A DNA stretch of 64,000 nt from Lentisphaeria bacterium (GTDB taxonomy: Bacteria > Verrucomicrobiota > Lentisphaeria > Victivallales > UBA1829). Each line of letters begins with the position of its first letter. Position 1 is the first letter of the stretch. Below, one piece after another: positions 18,663 through 26,500 of the stretch. The notes under the pieces were generated by a model that had not been told where the DNA came from, searched no databases, and worked only from the letters and a program-made list of their open reading frames with translations. Where the stretch lies: the NCBI GenBank assembly GCA_017629515.1, contig JAGBXB010000073.1:2939-66938 (forward strand), read 5' to 3'. Position numbers and translations under genes: made by a program.

Positions 18663-19912
18663 TAGATTTCCTTTTTGCAATTTTCTTTTCTCTTCAGAAA
18701 AGGGAATATTCTTCTTAAAAACACCATGATTTTTTCCCTTAAAGAAATATGGTAATCGGGATAGGCGGCATCCAGTGCCACACTGACAGCCAGAGCCGTT
18801 GCCGCCAGACAACTGACCAGACTGCTGCCCCCGTAACTTATGAAAGGAGCCGGCATCCCTTTAGTGGGGAATGCTGCCGATATGACCCCGATATTGATAA
18901 TGGCTTGTATCGCTATCCATGTGGCAACGGCAAAGGCGAGAAGGGCCCCCTGCCTTGTCCGGGCTTTCATGCTTATACGGATGACAAGGAAGATGTATAC
19001 AAGGTAGACAAGGATCACACAGCATAAAGAAATGAAGCCCAATTCCTCCCCTACGATGGAAAGAATGAAGTCGGTATGCGCTTCCGGCAGATATTTATGT
19101 TTGAAACGGCTTTCCATAAAGCCCCTGCCCGTCCAGTTCCCGGAACCCAGGGCAAGGAGGGAGAACCATAACTGATAACCGGTTTTTTCCGCCACTGCTT
19201 CCGGATTGGTATAGGCAAGAAGCCGCGCCCAGCGGAAAGGACTGAAATATTTGATGCCGAAAAAGAGCATGGGCGGTAGGACAAGTACCCAGGGAATGAG
19301 GCAGATGAGCCGGATCCCCGCTGCATAAAGAACGGCAAAAAATATAACCCCCAGAAGAACACTTGTTCCCATATCTCTTCCTGCGAATACAAGAAAAATG
19401 ATCATTCCGGAAAAAATGGCGGAAAGCAGCAGGAATTTCCAGGGCTTGTTTTCCAGCATTTTAAGTTTGTTTGAACAGAAACTGGCAAGGAAAAGAGATA
19501 AAACGATCTTGGCAAATTCCGATGGCTGGATATTTCCCACTCCCGGTATGGGGATCCATCTCCTTGCCCCTTTGACGGGGGAAAAACATAAGGCGAGACA
19601 GAGAAGAAGGGCAATAATGATCATAAAAAGAGTACTGTATGAACATAACTTCCTGTAACCGGCAACGATCACAAATGAAAATGCCGCCACGCCGACAGAC
19701 GCCCATTGCAGCTGTTTGACAAAAAGGGAGGAACCCGCCAGTCCGTAGGCACTTCTGGCAATACCGAAAGAGGTGGAATAGAGCATGATAAGTCCGAAAA
19801 GAACCAATAAAACGGTGATGATGCAGAGTGCCGCCGCTTCTCCCAGCGGGGCTTCCTGCTGTAAAAGGGGCTCTCCAGTATTGGTGGGTTCTTCAGAGTA
19901 ACGCAGTCTCAT
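18662..19912 (-). CDS. ftsW: SEDS-family peptidoglycan glycosyltransferase FtsW/RodA.
   Basis: Ten predicted TM helices and the conserved SEDS 'FISYGGSS' motif near the C-terminus. Sits immediately upstream of murG. Confidence 0.85.
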   Translation of the reverse strand: MRLRYSEEPTNTGEPLLQQEAPLGEAAALCIITVLLVLFGLIMLYSTSFGIARSAYGLAGSSLFVKQLQWASVGVAAFSFVIVAGYRKLCSYSTLFMIIIALLLCLALCFSPVKGARRWIPIPGVGNIQPSEFAKIVLSLFLASFCSNKLKMLENKPWKFLLLSAIFSGMIIFLVFAGRDMGTSVLLGVIFFAVLYAAGIRLICLIPWVLVLPPMLFFGIKYFSPFRWARLLAYTNPEAVAEKTGYQLWFSLLALGSGNWTGRGFMESRFKHKYLPEAHTDFILSIVGEELGFISLCCVILVYLVYIFLVIRISMKARTRQGALLAFAVATWIAIQAIINIGVISAAFPTKGMPAPFISYGGSSLVSCLAATALAVSVALDAAYPDYHISLREKIMVFLRRIFPFLKRKENCKKEI

Positions 19913-19941
19913 ATTTTTTCCTTACGGTGATTATTATGGTA

Positions 19942-20868
19942 TCATACATTACTGTCTTTTTTTAAAATTTCATCCCCGGAAAGAGATTTTTTTTGAATTT
20001 TTTCTCTGTAAAGGGTGGGAGTCATGCCGGTTCGCTTTTTAAAATCGCTGGCAAAGTAGAGTTGATTGCGGTATCCGCAGTAACTGGCAATCTGTTTTAC
20101 AGGGAGATTGGGGGAGGATGCAAGCAGATCTCTGGCGTATTTATGACGCTCCTCAATAATGTAATCTCCGGGGGAAAAGGAGGTGTATTGGCGGAAAAGA
20201 GCGCATAATCTTGTCCGGGAACAGCCCGCTTCCTTGCAGAGATCCTGTAAGGTGATCTTCTGGAAAAGATTGCGCTGGATGAATTGTTGACTCAAAATTA
20301 CTTCCACAGGAAGATTTTTCTGCGGCACAAACCGCAGTGCATACATAAGAACGGCATATCCCAAAAGAGAAAGTTTCGGGGAAAGCCGGGGATCTTTTTT
20401 CCCCAGAAGATGATAGATCTCATCAAAAAGTGCCTCATATTCCTTTGTGAAAAAGTCTTTGATGATGATACATCTGTTCAGACCGAAATTTTCCAGAATG
20501 ATACGCAGTAAATATCCTTCTATGCCGATGACGCAATGTCCTGCCTCCCCCTCTTCTGCGGTAATGGTACGGGGGCCGGGGGGGATGAGGATGGTTTCTC
20601 CGGCTTTCACATGATAGACCTCTCCATTGCAGATGATTTGCAGTTTCCCTTTTTTCATATTGTAGACGCACCAGCATTCGTAATGGGTGTGGCGTACAAA
20701 ATAATCCTTGGCGTATGTGGCTTCGTTGGCAAAATAGGGCCACAGGACAAGGGGGAAGTTATCAAAGGGTCTCCAATTATTCTGCCGGATCTTCAAGCGG
20801 TGCAGAAGAGCATTGTTGAATGAACTTTTATTGACGATCTCCACAGATAAAAACTCCTTTTTTACCAT
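19942..20868 (-). CDS. AraC-family transcriptional regulator (cupin sensor domain plus HTH).
   Basis: C-terminal AraC HTH signature '...DLCKEAGCSRTRLCALFRQYTSFSPGDYIIEERHKYARDLL...YFASDFKKRTGMTPTLYRE'. Divergent from the pseudopilin cluster. Confidence 0.85.
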   Translation of the reverse strand: MVKKEFLSVEIVNKSSFNNALLHRLKIRQNNWRPFDNFPLVLWPYFANEATYAKDYFVRHTHYECWCVYNMKKGKLQIICNGEVYHVKAGETILIPPGPRTITAEEGEAGHCVIGIEGYLLRIILENFGLNRCIIIKDFFTKEYEALFDEIYHLLGKKDPRLSPKLSLLGYAVLMYALRFVPQKNLPVEVILSQQFIQRNLFQKITLQDLCKEAGCSRTRLCALFRQYTSFSPGDYIIEERHKYARDLLASSPNLPVKQIASYCGYRNQLYFASDFKKRTGMTPTLYREKIQKKSLSGDEILKKDSNV

Positions 20869-20878
20869 TCGGTGGCAA

Positions 20879-20906
20879 TTGACGATATTATTCTGCCGGA
20901 TAATAT
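20879..20906 (+). promoter_or_regulatory. Candidate sigma70-type promoter (TTGACG -16- TAATAT) about 290 nt upstream of the first pseudopilin gene.
   Basis: Read directly from the sequence. An equivalent TTGACA-16-TATAAT element sits at the same distance upstream of the 41803 paralogue. Confidence 0.3.
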
Positions 20907-21076
20907 AACATGACCGGAAAACTTATGCAAGATGATTTTGTATATTTATTGTACTTTTTTATATAATAAAATTAAAACTCTGTCTTGTTTTAACGGGCAA
21001 TCTATATTATAATTAAATACAGAAAAGATATTGCCGTGTCCGTGCCGGGGAAAAGCATGGATTTATGTCTGTTTGT

Positions 21077-21209
21077 GTCGCATAATATACATTATGTGAA
21101 ACAAAAAAGACATTTTTCCCGTACGAAACGGGGATTTTGAGAAGGTCGGGAAGGTTGAAAAATAACAAAAATGAACTCAAAGGAGGTAACATAATGTATA
21201 TTATGCGAC
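21077..21209 (+). promoter_or_regulatory. Conserved 5' leader in which a 20-nt inverted repeat pairs an upstream site with the start-codon region of the pseudopilin gene.
   Basis: 21077-21096 'gtcgcataatatacattatg' is the exact reverse complement of 21190-21209 'cataatgtatattatgcgac'. The second arm covers ATG 21194 and ATG 21203. The 93-nt spacer contains the SD 'aaggagg'. The same arrangement recurs at 41686-41820. Confidence 0.6.
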
Positions 21210-21934
21210 GCCACAATTTTACGCTGATCGAACTTCTTGTTGTTATTGCGATCATCGCTATTCTTGCAAGTATGCTCCTTCCTGCGTTGAATCGGGCAAG
21301 GGATGTGGCAAAGGCCGTGAACTGTAAAAGCAACCTCAAACAGATCGGTTATACTTTGCGTCTGTATGCGGATACCTACAAGGGCTGGGTTCCCAACTAC
21401 TCTTCCGCACATCATTTTCTTATTGTCGCAGTGGAACATGTGCATGGAATCAACCTGTTGGCGGAATGGAACTCCAGACCGAAGAAAAGTCTTGCCTACG
21501 GCTGTCCCGGCATCGACCGCCCCCGCTTGACAAGTTCCGCATACTGGGGCCGAAACCATTATGGAACATTGCTTGTCACCACTCTTTCCGACTGGCTTTC
21601 CAAAGCATATTACCTTTCTACGGATACCAGTGGGCAGAGACCCTATTTCTGGAACTTTGACAGAGTACCCGATCCCCAGAAGAGGATTTATTACGGTGAC
21701 AGTCAGGCGTATGCGAATACTGAACAGACTGAATTTGCTCAGTCTGCCTACTTCCTTACCAAATTTACCACCAGCACCACAGGGACAGGTAAACCTCTGT
21801 TAAGTTTGCGCCATCAGGATGCCACCAATGTTGGATTTGTGGATGCCCATGTGGAAACCTTGAAAAAGGTGGATCTGAAAACAAAATTCAATTACAGTGC
21901 TGCATGGGTAAGAAATATCCCCATGGAATTCTGA
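21194..21934 (+). CDS. Prepilin-type N-terminal cleavage/methylation-domain (DUF1559, H-X9-DG) pseudopilin-like protein.
   Basis: '[37 protein letters not shown]' and the C-terminal '[16 protein letters not shown]'. Start set at the ATG after SD 'aaggagg'. Confidence 0.8.
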   Translation: MYIMRRHNFTLIELLVVIAIIAILASMLLPALNRARDVAKAVNCKSNLKQIGYTLRLYADTYKGWVPNYSSAHHFLIVAVEHVHGINLLAEWNSRPKKSLAYGCPGIDRPRLTSSAYWGRNHYGTLLVTTLSDWLSKAYYLSTDTSGQRPYFWNFDRVPDPQKRIYYGDSQAYANTEQTEFAQSAYFLTKFTTSTTGTGKPLLSLRHQDATNVGFVDAHVETLKKVDLKTKFNYSAAWVRNIPMEF

Positions 21935-21975
21935 AAAATATATCTGAATCATACTGAAACGAAAGGAAAACACTG

Positions 21976-22722
21976 ATGAAACAAAAAAACTTTACTCTTA
22001 TCGAATTGCTGGTGGTTATTGCGATCATAGCCATTCTTGCCAGTATGCTTCTTCCCGCCTTGAACCGGGCAAGGGATACGGCAAAGGCGATCGGCTGCAA
22101 GAGCAATCTCAAACAACTTGGTTATGTAGCAAGATTATATGCCGATACCTATACAGGCTGGGTCCCTAATTATTCTTCAGCCCACCATTTTATTGATACA
22201 ATGGTATATTTTGTAACTGGCAAAGTCATTCGTACCGGAGCCCCCACCAATCCCAAAGACAGTGCTGCTTACGGTTGTCCCGGAATGGAAAGACCTCCCG
22301 TTTTCACCAATGAATGGGGGCTGAATCATTACGGATGTTGGCTTATCACCCCCGCCGCTGACGCAGATGCAAAATACAGATGGCTTGTCAATGGTATAAA
22401 ATTTAATTCATCACATACCTCAACGAGTTATTTCTGGAATCTTGACCGCTATCCCAAACCTGCGGAAAGAATTTTTTCCGGCGATACATTGAAGACTTAT
22501 GCTATTTCTGACAGAAATAACAGACCCAAAGCGCAGGCACCATTTTTCCAGAACCGTTTCAATGCCTCATACCTTGACCGCCCGCTGTTGGATCTGCGTC
22601 ATGCGGACAGTGCCAATGTTGTGTTCATGGATGGTCATGTGGCAAATCCCAAAAAACTGGATCTGAAAGTAACCTATCTTTTCAGAGCTGCCTGGGTCAG
22701 AGGGACTGCTGTGGAATTCTGA
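21976..22722 (+). CDS. Prepilin-type (DUF1559) pseudopilin-like protein, member of the tandem triplet.
   Basis: '[34 protein letters not shown]' and '[16 protein letters not shown]' (H-X9-DG). Confidence 0.8.
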   Translation: MKQKNFTLIELLVVIAIIAILASMLLPALNRARDTAKAIGCKSNLKQLGYVARLYADTYTGWVPNYSSAHHFIDTMVYFVTGKVIRTGAPTNPKDSAAYGCPGMERPPVFTNEWGLNHYGCWLITPAADADAKYRWLVNGIKFNSSHTSTSYFWNLDRYPKPAERIFSGDTLKTYAISDRNNRPKAQAPFFQNRFNASYLDRPLLDLRHADSANVVFMDGHVANPKKLDLKVTYLFRAAWVRGTAVEF

Positions 22723-22761
22723 AAAAATATATCTGAACCATACTGAAGCAAAAGGAAAACA

Positions 22762-23511
22762 TTGATGAAACAAAAAAACTTTACTCTTATTGAGTTGCTG
22801 GTAGTCATTGCAATTATCGCTATTCTTGCAAGTATGCTTCTTCCTGCGTTGAACCGGGCAAGGGATATGGCAAAGGCAATCAGCTGCAAAAGCAATCTCA
22901 AACAGTTGGGCTATACCGTAAGATTGTATGCTGACAGCAACAAAGGCTGGACACCCAATTACCTTGTATCTTATCACTGGCTTGATTTTCTTTCCCAGCA
23001 GGTTCACGGCAAAATCATCCGTACCGGAGCCCCCACCAATCCCAAGGACAGTGCCGCTTACGGTTGTCCCGGAATGGAAAGACCTCCTGTTTACACAAAT
23101 GAATGGGGGATGAATCATTACGGAAGCTGGCTTGTTACTCCCGGTTCTGACGGGTTCAAACAATACAGATGGCTTTCCCAGACGAAACAGTTTTCCACAG
23201 ACTCAAGTGCTTCTTATTTCTGGAACCTTGACCGCTATCCCAAACCTGCGGAAAGAATTTATTACGGCGATACCCAGCAGACTTATGAGATTACTGCCAG
23301 AAATAACAGAACCAAAGCACAGGTGGGATTTTTTAAAGACAGTATCAATGCTTCTTCCTACCCCAACAATCCGCTGCTGCATCTGCGTCATCTGGACGCC
23401 GCCAATGTGGGATTTATGGATGGTCATGTGGCAAGTCCCAAAAAACTGGATCTGAAAGTAACCTATCTTTTCAGAGCTGCCTGGGTGAGAGAAGTTCCTG
23501 TATCATTCTGA
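22762..23511 (+). CDS. Prepilin-type (DUF1559) pseudopilin-like protein, member of the tandem triplet.
   Basis: '[34 protein letters not shown]' and '[16 protein letters not shown]'. The intergenic spacer is nearly identical to the one before the 21976 gene. Confidence 0.8.
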   Translation: MMKQKNFTLIELLVVIAIIAILASMLLPALNRARDMAKAISCKSNLKQLGYTVRLYADSNKGWTPNYLVSYHWLDFLSQQVHGKIIRTGAPTNPKDSAAYGCPGMERPPVYTNEWGMNHYGSWLVTPGSDGFKQYRWLSQTKQFSTDSSASYFWNLDRYPKPAERIYYGDTQQTYEITARNNRTKAQVGFFKDSINASSYPNNPLLHLRHLDAANVGFMDGHVASPKKLDLKVTYLFRAAWVREVPVSF

Positions 23512-23564
23512 AAAAAGTATAAATAAATCAAAATATAAAGCAATACAAAAAAGAAAGGAAAAAG

Positions 23565-26500
23565 ATGAAGAAGATTTTTGCTTCATTGTTTCTTGTTTTC
23601 GCTGTGCTTTTTACAGTGCAGGGAGCAAAAGATGATGGACTTGTAGTCCATTACAAATTCGATGAGGGCGAAGGAAATATCGCCAGAGATTCCTCCGGCA
23701 ACGGGCTGGATGCCACTCTCGTTGAAACCACATGGGAAAAATTCGGCGTGCAGGGAAAAGCCGTCAGACTTGACCACACCAAAAAGAAAGCCCATATCCA
23801 GCTTCCCAAGAGTGATAAACTCATACTGGAAAAAGAGATGACGCTTTCTCTTTACTTCAAAGTGGAAAATTTTTACAAAGGACTTACACTTTTTTCCAGC
23901 AGTAACTATTATCTGGGCTGGACAAGTGTTGTTTACAGAAGTTTCATTACTTTCTCCTCCATTGACAGAAACAACCGTAATGATAAACGCAACGGCGGCC
24001 TCTGCCGGGTCTCTCTCGCTGCCGGAACAGGGCCTCTTGCCCCCTTCCACAATGTAGTCTTTACCGTCGGCCCCGATCCGGACAATAAAGACCAGAATAT
24101 TTTGAATATCTATCTGGACGGGAAAAAACTTTCTCACAAAGGAGTAAGCAATTTCCCCATGCGCGCCCCCATCCGTGTGAATAAACGCGTTCCCCTCACC
24201 ATCGGGCATTTCACCTCTGCGGAAGGTCAGTGGTTCAGCGGGATCATTGATGAAGTAAAGATCTACAACAGAGTCCTTTCTGCCGATGAGATCGCAAAAA
24301 ATCACAGAAGAACCACGACCCAGAGTACAGAAGGTCCCGGCGAAAAAGTCCAACTTAAAAAAGTGGATTTCAAACCTCTGAAAAATAAAAAGGTCGCCCT
24401 TTACTCTCCTCTGAAAGTTACCAAAGCACAACTTGCCGGAAGTCGGGATGAAGGGAAAGACTCCCCCCGCCATGTTGCCGCATGGGGTACTCCCATCCGC
24501 AGTGTGGAATGGTTCAAAGAACAGGCGGAAAAACTCGGCTGTAAAGTAACCATCCTTGATGATGCCCGCCTTTCCGATAAAAAATATCTTGTCAAAAAGA
24601 ACTTTGATACCCTGATCCTTCCTGCCGGTGTCATCCCCTTTGAAGCGGAAGAATCCATTTTTGAATACCTCGTTACCGGAGGAAATCTTTTCACCCCCAC
24701 CGTTCTGCCCAGCGTCTATAAAAGATATGCAGATGGTTCTTTCGGTAAATTCAGAGGTAACTACCTGAAAAACCATACAAGAGGCTGGTACAGTCCCTTC
24801 CTTTTGCGTACTACTCCCGGTGCAAACGGTTTGCGCTGGTGGGTGGCTCCTCTGGGACTGAATCCCGGTGTGGTGGATATTACAGGCGACCTCATGGCTG
24901 CCGTTGTAAAGAACCCCAATCCCAAAAGAAGAGTGGCTTACCGCCCTCTGGACAGATGGGGCAAGATCCCCGGTCTTGACGGTGCATACGGCGACGGCAA
25001 CAACTATGCTCTGGGTGCTGATGTTCAGGTGGAACTCTACCGGGAACGTACAGGGATAGGTTCCGGCTTTGCCGTCTACCGTTATTACAACAACCTTATC
25101 TTCGGTTCCACACTTGCCCAGCTGGGATCCATCGGGGAAAGTCTGATCAAAGGCAAAGACGGGGATAAATATTTCAAAGCAGTCATGTATCTTCTGGAAA
25201 GCAAACTGCCCGGAGAACAGAATACAACTTATTACAGAAATGCTGTGGATCTGCACAAAGAATGGAGTGAACTGGGTTTCACCTATACTTCCGCCGTTGC
25301 CGCATTGCGCGATGCTTCTTTCTATGCTTATCTTTCCGGCAGGGAATGGAAAAGCTTTGCAGAAAAACTTACAGAAATGGAAAAAGAATTCAATGCTTTG
25401 AACGGGGAACGCAAAACCCAGAAACAGCTTCTTTTCTCCGGAAAATATGCCGAATGCAGCAAATGCACCGCAGAGTTGCTTGCCAAAGTAAGAGTTTCTG
25501 CCGGAAAATATGCTTCCTGTATCGAAGAAGGCAGAAAAGCTGTTGCTGATGCCAAAGTGCCTGCCAAAGTGCCTGTCAAACACAAATACGGTACGATCCC
25601 CTCCATCGCTTCCACTGTCATCCCCACCAACCTTTCCATGTTCCGGGGAAGATTGTTTGATTCCATCCGCAGGATCGGTTCCAATATTTACAGCGGTATG
25701 ATAGATGACTGGTATGCAGAAGATCCCCAGGTACAGAAAAAACTTAAAGGACTTCTCCGTGACCACAAGTTTGTTTATGCCGCCGGTCCCCGCGTCCTTG
25801 TCCGCGGCGGGCATTTCAACCCTGCCAACGGTACTGTAAAAGACGCTCCGGAAGTGATCTATCCGGAAAAAAACCTTTCCAAATATCTGGAAAATGTTTT
25901 CAAAGTCTGGAAATGGAAAGGCAAAGAACAGTTCCGTATCGGAACGGCCGATGAAACCGGTATCGGATTGAACTACTGGGGTTCCCAGGCAAAACGGGAT
26001 CTGCAGAACCATCTGAAAAAATACTACAATAACGATGTGGCGGCAATGAACGCGCATTGCGGCACTTCCTATAAATCTTTCGATGAAGTTGCTGTCCCCG
26101 TCCGTAAACCGGAAACCTCTGCACAGCATGCCATCTGGGAACACTTCAACAAATGTCGTGAAGCCTATCTGGAACGCATTTACAGCAATTTCCGCAAACT
26201 TGTGAGAAAATACAATACCGATATCGATGTATTCGCTCTTCCCTCCACAGGCGGATCTCAGCTCCCCCTGTACGGACTGAACTACTACAATGCCACCAAA
26301 TATCAGGATGTGAGCGGTATCGACGGTACCTGCTGTTCCATTGATAAAGAGTGGCTCTTCCTTGACCTCACCACCAAACGTTATCTGACAAGTGAATGGG
26401 GAAAACTCTATCAGGAAGCCACCATGCAGGCTGTCAACGGTCAGATGTGGCAGGAACTTGCCGGCGGAGCCTGGGGCGCAGAACAGCATGTCTGGTGCTT

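Noticed and set aside
17514-18812. The ORF-track MurG with a 50-aa N-terminal extension (MSGGNGSGCQCG...).
   Set aside because: The extension lies entirely within the 3' end of ftsW. The canonical MurG N-terminus (MKLERLAISCGGTGGH) begins at the ATG overlapping the ftsW stop.
21077-21209. Interpretation of the leader inverted repeat as a recombinase-driven invertible (phase-variation) DNA switch.
   Set aside because: The invertible segment would be only about 93 bp. No recombinase gene is nearby. The arms overlap the coding start rather than flanking a promoter. An RNA-level structure fits better. This is not fully excluded; read-level inversion evidence would revive it.
21013-21339. Minus-strand ORFs 'MRLLLQ(F/P/L)(T/I)AFA.SLARF(N/K)AGRSILAR(I/M)AMIAITT...' at 21013-21339, 21888-22112, 22674-22901 and 41631-41942.
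   Set aside because: They are the reverse-complement reading of the highly conserved pseudopilin N-terminus ([27 protein letters not shown]). Their recurrence simply mirrors the plus-strand paralogues.
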